From Balanoglossus misakiensis (Eukaryota > Animalia > Hemichordata), in assembly GCA_040954595.2 (NCBI GenBank), contig CM082580.2, positions 2,346,783 through 2,410,782 on the forward strand: a stretch of DNA of 64,000 nt, written 5' to 3'. The stretch's first letter is position 1; each line of letters starts with the position of its first letter. Below, piece after piece: positions 50,701-62,400 of the stretch. The notes under the pieces are model-generated. The model made no database searches. It was not told where the DNA came from and saw nothing but the letters and a program-made list of their open reading frames with translations. The position numbers and the translations under genes are program-made.

Positions 50701-53700
50701 CCCACCCACCCACCCACCCATCCACCCACCCACTCACTCACTCACTCACTCACTCAGTCACTCGCTCACTCACTCACCCACCCAACCACCCACCCACCCA
50801 CCCACCCACCCACCCACCCACCCACCCACCCATCCACCCACCCACTCACTCACTCACTCACTCACTCAGTCACTCGCTCACTCACTCACTCACCCAACCA
50901 CCCGCCCACCCACCCACCCACTCACTCACTCACTCACTCACTCGGTCACTCGCTCACTCACTCACTCACCCAACCACCCACCCACCCACCCACCCACCCA
51001 TCCACCCACCCACTCACTCACTCACTCACTCACTCAGTCACTCGCTCACTCACTCACTCACCCAACCACTCACCCAATCACCCAACCACCCACCCACCCA
51101 CCCACCCACCCATCCACCCAACCACTCACTCACTCACTCACTCACTCACTCACTCACGACCGAACGAACGAACGAACGAACGAACGAACGAACGAACGAA
51201 CGAACGACAAGGCGATAAAAAGACACAGTGAAGTCTAGCTGTGGGATAAATCAAACTCACCCCTCTCTGCTTTTAGTTCAATTTTACACGACATTGGTAC
51301 GGTTGCCCAAAGAGCCACTTCGTGCCCAGGTCCTGACAGGTCTTCTCGCGTGATTATCGAGTTCGGCGAGACCTTAAATGCAAATACATCACCGCGACGA
51401 TTTATCTTGCAATAAGATGTTAGGAAATCCGTGTTTCATATTTGTGCATGTAAATATATGCGTTTTCATCGTTATTGACCCAAACGTATTTGAAAATATG
51501 AATACATTTTCCACCGAATCAGGTTGATCATTGGCTGTCAAATGCACTTACCTTGATACCAACAAACACATCGTTGCTGGAAAACGGTGGACTGAGGACA
51601 TCGGAATCTAGAAAGCGGGCGATGACTTCACACCGAACCTTTGAAGAAGAAATAAAATGTCGCAAATTTCATCCAACAATCATGATATGTTGATATATTG
51701 ACAACTTTATTGCTATTTCGCGTTTCCTTTGGTTTGCGATTGTTATGTACCACTCGTCTCGTGCCCCGCCAAACCTATACGAGCAAATGGGTTTAAGACT
51801 TTGATTTTCGGACCGTGTATACCTCACGTCACGTGCCACAAGTGTTACTTCCACGAACAATCAACAAACAAACAAACAACGCAACTTCGACACTCACTGT
51901 GCAGCCAATCACGAATTCATCTTCCCACAAGATGTCTTTTGGGGAATCCGGAGATACCTCCTTCGCCTTGACCAGAGTGTCGTCCATCAGCCAGTTGATT
52001 TCATACTCCGCCTCCTGTGATTCGCCGCCTCGGAACTGACACTCCAAGTAACCCTGATGTCTTTCCTCGCTAAATTTTGGCGTCAACATTGGCATTTGGT
52101 CGAGATTTGGAAACTCGACTTTGAGGAAGACATAGAAATTGATCACCAATATAAGAATGTACTCGTCACGTTACAACCATTTGTAGATTATGAGGTGAAG
52201 CCATTGGACGCATAGCAGTTACATGTTTGGATAGGCCTAATCATTAATAATCATGTGGAGTGTCCTTATGACTTGAACAAGAACTCCTCCATGTACGTTG
52301 GCTGTTTTACATCACGGATGTAGATCGAAAGGACACTGTTATCGCCCATTAAGGGTTATTTTTTATACTTTTATGCGACCCCATATAAGTTAAAACTGAT
52401 TAAAGTGGCCTCATTCTTATTAGTGGCTTCGTGGTTTTATTTGAGAGGTTATTTCTCGGAAGACAATTTACACTCGCTCGATCAAATTTCTCAGTCACTT
52501 CAAGAGTTCGCCAGGGACATAGCCATTTTATATCAAACACTGTACAGGAAATAATTTGCAAGAATAAAAGTTAATCTCATCATCGTACAAATGTGATTAT
52601 GCTCTACGTAAAAGCCTGGTTTCCCCGTGATTTTATAGTTTTGGGAACAGTGGACATGCAATCTCATAGAGCGAAATGCCAAGAAAACACGAAAAAACGT
52701 GACATAAATATTTGTGTAGGTTACCTGAGCAACCTGGCTGAAATCCACCACTGGGGGAGCCATGTCCTGGTGGGCACGGTTCCTTGCCACCTACGAGGAG
52801 GGAGAGGGAAAGAGAGAGGGAGACAGAGGGGAGGAAGAGAGAGATTTGTGTAAATATTAAATACCTGCAATTAAGTCGTTAATCAAGATACTACATGTAT
52901 AATTCATTTAACTTGAAGGTCGTAAAGTACGGTACCTGCGCAGTAGGCAGCAGGGCAGATATCAAGTGGTTCCAACTTGTAAACGTAGAACTCTCCACAG
53001 TTCTTCACAATGACGTCGGCACTTGTATCGCAGCAGTTGGTGCCACCTAAGAAGATAGAGGTTTGATTCAGCAAAAAAATGAAATGTCAGACCTGAGTCC
53101 GAAAGTGATGAAGCTCCTTGACTTAACGTTGCATAACTCATCATCTATATCTGCGGAGAAGCTCAAAAGTTGGAGTACCTTCGTTTATGCACACAGTCAT
53201 CGCCTGGCATTCGTTCGCTGGCGGTAGTTCACCATCGAGCCACCCCGGAAATTGGGTTCCACAGTGGAATTCTGGGACACACGATGTCGGCATTTGACCC
53301 CCGGCCTCGCTCGTGAACCTGTACCAATTCGGGTCCAACCCGTCGTCGCATATGTAGTCCTGTTGTGACATCGTGGCGTCCAAACTGTAGGCCGAGCTCC
53401 GATACTTGTTGTCGATCGGCAAGTACTGCTCGCACGGTTCAACGATCAGATCTACAGGGCGGTCAAAGAGTGGCACAGTTTCATTTTCACATTTCTAGCC
53501 CAAGAAGCCAATCAACTAAATAAATTACATCAATGGTTCTGTACGAATACATAGCGTTGTCAACACACACTAGTGCGATTAATCTTAAATCTCATAACTC
53601 ATAATAAATAGTCAATAGTTCCTGGTGCTTAATTCGACTTCCCGACTAAATTGTATTCACATCTGCCAATGCAGGTTTCGTTTTGTGACATTTCCCTTTA

Positions 53701-56249
53701 CAAGTTGAATAACGTCGGATACTTACTCGGTGATTTCACAAACACCGCGAAGACATCAGCTCTGCTTGAGTTTTCTGTGTCAATACATGAAAACAATAAC
53801 AATTGATTCGTATGAATGGCGCCTGCATTATGCTACCATTATCGAGAGAAAGACTGGCCATAGTACAATGCCTGAGTGATTTTGGACAATCTTGACACAA
53901 TGGAAGATTAAGTTAATACTGCTAGTACATTGACTATCTTTTTTGCTTTTGAAATTTACGTTTACAACATTTGAAATGTTTTATCGTTCTCTACAAATGC
54001 ATAGACCACTTTCATGACCAATATATGACCTTTCATAATTGTACTTCAATTGGTATGAGGCTGTCAAGATTCAACAATTTGACAAAAGAAACGTTCAGTA
54101 CATAACTTATGTAAGGTCATTTATGGGACAAGAATATTGCCTATTATCTTTTCCTTGAAGACGAATCTTATCCGAGGTACATTTGTAATTCAATAAAAAC
54201 TTGTCCATGAAGAATTGTAGCAGCAACAAATATCTTGGTGATCGTCACATTTCAGCATATTTTGATCACATTGTAATCAAACTGATGTGCATGTGTAAAT
54301 CATAGTGCTCCGTCTTTTAGGCTTTGTCCACTTTGAAGGAAACCCCCGAAGTGCGCAAGCGCGTCAAAGTTCTGAAATGAATTCTGTTTCGATTATACTA
54401 GCCCATATTAACAGAACAATTTATTTTATATTGTTAATAGCTTCTAACACAATTAGAAATAATTTGTGATTATAAGATATTAACAAGAAAAACGCAATGC
54501 AATGAAACTGCACTGATATTTCATTATTTGTGCAAAGTGCGCTTACTTGTCTTTTTAGTACAATATGAGAATTGCATGTTTTCCCCAAAATACTGAAAGA
54601 TTGTAAATTTTCAATCGAATGTTGAAAAGATGGTCAAGATCTTATCATCATCAAAGTAGTTCATTGTCTGTGACTGACCTGACCCCCAAACTGCATAAGT
54701 TTCCAGTGTTGAAAATGTAAAATGATTTATTTTCAAGTTCTTCGGATTGTCCCACTCGCACGGCGACCTTTCCTCTCCCGTTCCGACAATCAACCATCCC
54801 GTGTCAGTTTGACAGTTATCGTACATGTAGCTCTTGTTAATGAAAAAACTCCTTCCAACCTTTCGGTGGCTGAGTAATGAAGTATCAAGATAAAAAGTTA
54901 TTTGTTTAAAGAGAGGTGAACTTCCCACTTCTTTTTTGTAATGTCCCGTAATTTCTGGAAAGTAATGGAGCCAGTCCAGTTAAAAAAAACACGATATTTT
55001 TAAGACACCTCGGCTATCTTTCGTGAACATACGGTAGCTATACCGGAATCACTCGTCCGCGACGCATGCATACACACTCCTTCGAAATACGTGTGAATCA
55101 TATACATAAAAATGTGTAAGGATAAAAAACTAAAATATATGACCGGGTGTTTGTTCAACAATACAAAACAATGATACATCTATTCAATAACCTTTGACTC
55201 ACAATTTTTCCAAGATGAGAGAGAGGGGGAGAGGGAGGCACGCAGGCAGGGAGAGAGGGGGAGGGAGAGAGAGGGAGGGAGGGAGGAAGAGAGAGAGAGA
55301 GAGAGTCCAAGCTTGATATATTCTACATTGGACGTACAAACAATAGTAGCAGTTATGCAAATACGCCCAGCCTGGCGTGAAGTGACATCTATCACAGAAT
55401 GGTCTCTAACACATCACGCGGACGAAATAAAGCCCAGCGCCATTTCCCATGATTCAAAATACAGTAACCTCTAGAGAGGAACATCCGGCAATATTTTACC
55501 CAGTTTTTGTATTTTAAAAAATCGCACTGGTTATACTTGACGAAAAAGGGTTGTCCTGAATACATGAAGCCAGCGTTAGCATTTATGTGAAAATCATCTG
55601 GATTGAACATCTTCAATACACCTTTTAGCGGCAGTTTGTCCAGCGCTGCCAAAGACAGAGCACTACAACACACTTATTGTACACGTCAGTCTGTTAATCA
55701 TGGTACGATCCAATGCGGCTGTTTCATTTGATCTGAACTCCCCTCCCCCGGGTGGGGTTGTTCAGGCAACAGCACACCGATTCTTTCACGGACTTCAAAT
55801 TAGCTTTCTGGGTCTCTCCCCTGTTTATTGTCTCAGGGACGATATTTTGCTGGTGTAGGCTTGTTGGTTTTTGGCATTTTGCACAGAGTGAAATAGACCA
55901 ACACCAATCAATCATTTCTTGTGGGGAATTCCCGATTTAAACAGCCTATCAACATGCAAACGCCTGTTGCCATGTGTCATTTATGGGGCTGTCATGAGCC
56001 ACAACGTATCAAAGAACCGCACTGCACTTTGGGATGATTAAGTGTTGGCAATCCGAGTAGAAAGCTCACTGACCTGATTCCCAAACGACTGCAGTGTTAA
56101 GTGTTGAATAGAGGAAGCGACATCCAGGTAAACTGTCATAATTACAATGTGATTTCGTACGTCCGGTTGATATCAACAACCACCCGTTGTCTGCCTCACA
56201 ACCGTCGTATCCACTTTGAATGTAAAATCTCCTCCCAACGTGGCTGTCC
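38707..56249 (-). CDS. VWDE-like: VWDE-like type I membrane protein (UMOD/GP2 Cys8 domain, VWD, EGF, TM); 5' end not found in the window
   Basis: Exons 5'->3': 56249-56074 or 54869-54679, 53774-53727, 53451-53179, 53046-52936, 52790-52725, 52118-51898, 51638-51552, 51372-51261, 49961-49759, 49506-49433, 48932-48869, 48474-48277, 48121-47913, 47817-47524, 46382-46205, 45815-45719, 45374-45270, 44787-44609, 44398-44132, 43716-43602, 39088-38973, 38721-38707. All GT-AG and in phase from 54869 onward. Motifs: WYRF..GGQMPTSC..CGTQFPGWL (Cys8); CTSRGDPHYITYDG and GLCGVFDG (VWD); [28 protein letters not shown] (EGF); LALIIVLGVIIAVASVGVIGTCIGIW (TM). Confidence 0.9.
39236..43513. mobile_element. 4.3-kb non-autonomous foldback/Academ-like element with ~1.1-kb TIRs, containing an inverted copy of flanking host DNA
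   Basis: Left terminus TAGACCATGAGCCAGTAGGGGTTTACCT at 39236; its reverse complement ends at both 43200 and 43513. TSD 'ata' at 39233-39235 and 43514-43516. Arms are 39236-~40365 and ~42055-43200, with internal ~120-bp subrepeats. Confidence 0.88.
43201..43481 (+). repeat. Inverted duplicate of 38955-39235, including the whole TM exon (43348-43463) with both splice sites
   Basis: Reverse complement of the left flank; ORF 43326-43514 (+) repeats the peptide of 38922-39110 (-). Confidence 0.93.
45579..45661. mobile_element. Tiny piggyBac-like MITE (83 bp)
   Basis: TTAA|CCCTTTCACCAC ... GGGGCTGAACGGG|TTAA. Confidence 0.55.
46558..47356. mobile_element. TTAA-flanked MITE with ~115-bp imperfect TIRs (Kolobok-type)
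   Basis: TTAA|GATGGGTCCCCGGGATCTTTTTGCCCG ... CGAGCAAAAAGATACAGGGGACCCATC|TTAA. Confidence 0.85.
48657..48819. repeat. Short inverted-repeat element with self-complementary ends
   Basis: atctgattaaaatcagatgtagagt at 48657 is mirrored by actctacatctgattttaatcagat ending at 48819. Confidence 0.7.
50064..51206. repeat. 1.1-kb compound tetranucleotide microsatellite (CACT/CACC/CATC, then GAAC) in a VWDE-like intron
   Basis: Read directly; it accounts for the THSL/THPP ORFs. Confidence 0.97.
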
Positions 56250-56682
56250 CTGAAACAGTATTATATTAGAAACGATTGTCGCATCGCGTTATAGAAAATA
56301 AGTATCCTTCCGCAGTATTTTGCGCTTGGACACCCGGAAAGCTCAAACTCGATTCAGGAATATATGTGATTAGTTATTAGAGTATTCACCCGAACCGTAA
56401 AATGATTTCCACAAAATCATATGCCGATCAACGTGTCATATATTCGAAATATAGAAGTTATCTTCGGGAATAACTGTCCGACACATAGTTTCGGGAATGA
56501 CAATAAATAACAGCAGATACTGGTTCAAGGTAGAATTATGAAAAAATAACGAAAATACTGTTATAATGGATTACACAACAGGTAAACACACGGTGTTTGC
56601 CGGAGTGTCCGTTTCGGCCAATTTTAGCAGAAATAAGTTCATGTATGTTTGAGTGATGGTTCGGACCGGAAACAATAAGAAT

Positions 56683-58153
56683 TAAAGCTGCAAGCAGCAT
56701 TGTCCGGGCCCAAGCTTTATTATCTGATCTGATATTAGACATGCACATAATTAATGAGAAGAAACATAATGCTGTGTTTATCCCATGAAATATCAAGGTT
56801 ATATCTATGTTTGGTGCTGATATAGTGTTAAGTAGGTCAAAGGTCACCCAGAGGTCACCCACAATTTGGGCAGAAAATTTTGACCCATAGTGGTCCATGT
56901 CCATCAAAAACCAGACCTCTAGGCCTTTTGGTTAGCAGGGAATTAGGTATGCACATAAATAATGAGTTGAGCAGGGGTCACAGGTGACCCAAAATTTTGG
57001 CTTTTCATTATGGCCCCATACCTCCAAATGCCAAGGCTGTATCTGCTGTGGATTTCGAGATATACAAAAGTAGGTCAAAGGTCACCCGAGGTCACCCAAC
57101 ATTTGGGCAAAATATTTTACCCCATACTGGTCCATGTATAACAAAAACAAAACCTCTAGGTCTATTGGTTAATCTGTAATTAGGTATGTGCAGCGGTCAA
57201 AGAGGTCAAAGGGGTCATGAAAAGTAGCAAAAAAATTTTATCACATACAAATCCACATACATCAAAAACCAAACTTATAGCCCTATTGGTTAGCCTGGAA
57301 TTAGATATGCAGAAAAATGATGCGTCAAAAGTAGGTCAAAGGTCATTGCCAAAATTACCAAAATATTTATAGCTTATTCTTGTCCTATGATGATTCATAT
57401 CCATTAAAAGAATTTCTGTACTATAAATTTTTAGGCTAGAGAGGGAATTTTTACTTTTTAATCGTTTTTCACAAATCCAATATGGCCGCCATAATCTTCG
57501 ACCAATCACATTCTTCTTAGCAAACTTGATAGACATCTGTTTAATGACCACACACACCAAATCCTGTGACTCGGTTATCGCCGGTTCTTGAGAAGAAGAT
57601 TTTTGAATTTTTACGAGGGTTTTTCGAAAATCCAATATGGCCGCCAAAATCTTCAACCAATCACAATGATCTTCGCGAACTTGATAGACATCAGTTAGGT
57701 GACCACATACCCCAAACCCCGTGTCTCGGTTATCACCGGTTCTGGAGAAGAAGATTTTTGAAATTTAAACCAGATTTCAGAAAAAAAATTGTAGCAAAAA
57801 AACTGCAACATTGACAGCAAAATATCCAATTACAAAAATGATGGGTAGAAGGTAGACTACCTGCACACCAAATTTGAAGTCGATCTGACTTGTAGTTTCT
57901 GAGATCTGAGATTTGCATTTTTTCAGAAAATCCAATATGGCCGCCAGGTCACGTGACTAATTAAAAATTCACAGGTTCAATGCACATCTACTAATTGACC
58001 TTGACAACTGTAGCAAGTTTGAGAAGTGTACCTGCAGCGGTGTCTGAGATCTAGAGCGACAAAGAAATGACACAAGAATAAAGAAAGAAAGAAAGACTGA
58101 AAAATTCCAACGAAACCAATAGGGCCCAAGCCTGGCTTGCCTTGGGCCCTAAA
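56683..58153 (+). mobile_element. Apparently complete Helentron-type (HINE-like) non-autonomous element
   Basis: 5' end taaagctgcaagcagcattgtccgggcccaagc; ~240-bp core repeats; (AAAG)n; 3' hairpin agggcccaag-cctggcttgc-cttgggccct followed by an A-run. Confidence 0.7.
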
Positions 58154-59447
58154 AATGGTCAAATGCAAGATGAGATTAAAGCTGCAAGCAGCATTGAAGG
58201 GACCCAAGCATAGAGATAATAACCATTAGACTCCATTCAGGGTTGTACCATTCAAATGCTTTGGCTGTATTTGGCTCTGGATTTGGAGATATGGGGAAGT
58301 AGGCAACCACCCGAAATGGATGTCCTACAAGTACAAACACAACAACCAAAAGTGAACTTCTACGTTATGTAAGTACTTCAGTAAGTACTTCAAAGGTCAG
58401 CTGAGGGTACCCAAAAGTTGGGCCAAAAATTTGGATTCCTATTTGGTTCATATTCAAGACAACGGACAATCCTCGCCCTTTGGGTTTGTCAAATTAGGTA
58501 TGGCCATAATAATAAGTTACGCAAGGTGGCCCTAGAAATTTAGCATTTCATGACGGTCCTACCGTACCCCTCCAAACACCTCGCTATATATGCTGTACAT
58601 GCGAACATATGGAAAGCAGGTCAATGGACACCTTCGGTCACCCAAAAATTTGACAAAAAAATTTCATTCCTGTTTATGCCATGTGCAACAAATCCTACAT
58701 TTGCAGCCCTTTCACTTTGCCTACCATTTGGCATGCACGTAATACATGAATCAAGCAGGTGTCACAGGTATCCCCCTGTATTTGGTATTTCAGGATAGTT
58801 TCATCCCTCCAAATACCACAGCTGCAACTGTACAACGGGCTGAGATATGGCACTGTACGACAGAGGTCATCCAAATCACCTTATACATTTGGGCAAAAAC
58901 CGACTGACACTTACATTCGTCCCTGTGGAACAAAAACCACACATATCGCCCTGTTGGTTAGTGTCCAATTAAATGTACAAAATCAATGACTTAGGCAGGT
59001 GCAACAGGTGAACCCCACCTTTGGTATATCTTTATGGTCCCATCCGTATATCCCCCCCCACGCCAAAGCTGCATGCATCTGCTGTGGATGCTCACTAAGC
59101 AAAAGTAGGTGAAATGTCACATAAGATCGCCCATAAGGCTGCATTCACAAACACCTCTAGAGGGGGGGGGGAGAATTCAATTTTTTTACCGCTAATTTTC
59201 ACATGCCCCCCGTACACATATCGCCCTGTTGGTTAGTGTCCAATTAAATGTACAAAATCAATGACTTAGGCAGGTGCAACAGGTGAACCCCGCCTTTGGT
59301 ATATCATTAGGGTCCCATCCGTATATCCCCCCCCCAAGCCAAAGCTGCATGCATCTGCTGTGGATGCTCACTAAGCAAAAGTAGGTGAAAGGTCACATAA
59401 GGTCTCCCACAACTTGACAGGAAAATCGCACTTCATATTGATCCATA

Positions 59448-62400
59448 AGAGGTTATGTAATGGCGCCGCATGAGAGCGACATACAACACAACGTGAACAA
59501 TTTCCTTGGATTTTTGCTTTAAACAACGGCTACCAGGTATCATTTCCAGACTCAAGGTACTATGAATATGTGGTTGATAATATTCTTGTATTTAATGGTC
59601 CAAGTTTGTGGTATTGAACTGGAACGAAGATGTAAAGGAAATGAAGTGAACATCATGGTGGTTGAGCAGCAGAAGGAACGTATTCCCGGTGAGAGAATAC
59701 AATGGTCGAGATTTGAGTTATTGGATCTACGGAAAAACCGAACATATCTACAACCAGAACAAGTAAGGCTTTTGAAGGAACTCAAAATTCATAAAAGACG
59801 TAAGAGGGGTAGACCTGGCGGGAAAAAGACCAAAGAAAAAAAGGGAATCAACTTCTCAAATCTTCGATTGATAGAAGCAACAATTAACTTGCTCATGAAT
59901 AATTCCTGTCAAGTGAAAATATCCACCTGGAATGCACACTCAATCAAAAACAAAGATGAGCTTCTACGAGATCATTTGTTTAACAATACAATAGACATCT
60001 GTGTAATAACGGAAACATGGCTTCAACCAAAAGACCACATCTGGATAGAATGTTGTGATTTGAATAACAATGGCCTGTGCATGCTGTCTTCTTTTCGCGG
60101 GGATAACAGAAGAGGTGGTGGATTGAGCTTGGTCACGATGGCCTCGCTGGTTTCGGAATCGATAACATCAGCCACTTTAAGATCATTTGAATATCATCAC
60201 TGGCGGGTGAAAGGTAAAGATCTGGACTTGAATGTACTGGGTGTCTATCGACCACCTTATAGTCAACAGAATAAGTCAACGGTCAGCGATTTCATAGATG
60301 AATTTTTAATCTTACTGGAGTCGTGGCTTCCAGCAAATGATAACATCCTTATTGCGGGAGACTTTAATATCCACGTAGATAATAAAGAAGATCCAGGTGC
60401 GTGTAGTTTCATTGACAGTGTGGAAGCGATTGGATTGAAAATCGGAGTGGATTTTGCAACTCACAAAGAGGGTCATCACCTTGACTTGATAATCACTGAG
60501 AATGTGAGTCGTACCAACATCCATACAGTTAATGCCGGACCATTCCTCTCTGATCATAGAGTTGTAACAGGTGTTCTCAGTAGAGATCGTGAAGGGGTTA
60601 AGAAGAAGAAGGAGGTTGAGAGCAGAAACTTTAAGAAAGTGAATAAGGACGATTTCATTAGCGATCTACACTGCATCACCTTAGATACAAACAAAGATGC
60701 TGATTCTATATCTGACCAGCTTCGTAATGAATTGATGACAGTCGTAAATAAACACGCTCCAAAACGTATAAAAACTGTTGTCGAGCGGAATCACCACATC
60801 TGGTACAACGATGACATAAAAGAGCAGAAGAAACTACTTAGGAATAGAGAAAACATCTGGAGAAAGTATCGCCAATCTCACCAGTGGATTGCCTATAAGC
60901 GATGTAGAAACACTCTGCACTATATGATCAAAGCCGAAAAAAGAAAATCGATAAGTTCTAAGATTTTGGAGTCAAGATCAGACACTAAGAAATTATACCA
61001 AATCGTTAACAACCTAATTGGGAAAAAAGACATCAACCCAATGCCAGAAGGGAAATCAAACGAAGAACTAGCAAATGACTTTGCCGATTTCTTCCTGCAA
61101 AAAATACTCAAAATCAGAGAATCGTTGGCAAATAATAACAAATACATCTCGCCATACAGAGAAGTCCCATCTTTCCACCAATTCGAACCAGTGGATGAGG
61201 ACACTGTTGAAAAAATCATCAAAGAATTGCCGACAAAATCCTGTGAGCTGGACATCATACCAACAAAATTCCTTAAAGACGTGCTAAAAGGAATGGTTCC
61301 ACACATTACTCAGTTGATCAACGCATCTCTACAACAAGGTGTGTTTGTGAAAGAGTGGAAGTACGCAGTGGTCAGGCCGTTGCTTAAGAAGACTGGACTA
61401 GATTTGATTTCATCAAACTATAGGCCGGTCAGCAATTTGGCATTTCTGTCTAAGGTGTTAGAAAAAATAGCGTTACAACAATTTAACGAACACTGTAAAC
61501 AGAGTCAACTCTTTCCAGAATACCAGTCAGCTTATAGAGTGAATTTCAGTTGTGAAACTGCCTTGCTCAAGATAACTGACGATATTTTGTGGGGAATGGA
61601 GGAACAAAAAATCACAGCTCTTGCCGCGATCGATTTAAGCGCGGCCTTCGATACAGTGGATCACGAAGTATTGTTAAATGTTTTAAAGCAACTGTATGGT
61701 ATCGACGGACACGTATTGGAATGGTTTTCATCCTATCTGAGACCTAGAGGTTTCAAGGTATGTGTAGGAAATGCCTACTCTGACATTAGGAACATAGACT
61801 TCTCCGTACCACAAGGCAGTTGTGCGGGGCCAACATTATACAGTGTGTATGCGAGTACTCTGAGAAATGTGATACCAACATCAATTGACATACATGGATA
61901 TGCAGATGACCATGCCTTGAAACGTCTATTTCCAGCTAAGTCTAGGAGTCTGGAATTTGTAACAATGAACGATCTCGAGGACTGTTTAAAGGAGGTTAAA
62001 ATCTGGATGGATGAAAATCGGTTGAAGATGAATGACAGTAAAACAGAATTCATATGTTTTGGGTCAAGAGTACATCTGCAGAAGGTTGTGTCGAAGACGT
62101 TAACGGTCAATGAATGTGACATCGAACGGACGCCGGTGATAAAATACCTTGGCTTTGATCTCGACGAACATCTGTCGATGAGGAAGAACATCTCGAGGAA
62201 GTGCGCAATTGCAGCAGGAAATATACAAAGATTGAAGCTAATTAAACAATACTTGAATCTTGATGCAAGGAAAATCATAGCATCAGGCATGATTCTTTCA
62301 CATTTGGACTATGCTAACTCTCTTTATGCAGGACTTCCGGAATGTGACATAAAGAAACTACAGCGGATTCAAAACATGGCAGCTAAGACAATTCTGGACA

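Noticed and set aside
49892-51238. 448-aa and 399-aa His/Thr/Pro-rich ORFs
   Set aside because: Translations of an intronic microsatellite on the non-coding strand.
55392-55915. Possible extra VWDE-like exons between the two paralogous exons
   Set aside because: No similarity to the expected domain parts, and no exon set was found that restores the phase.
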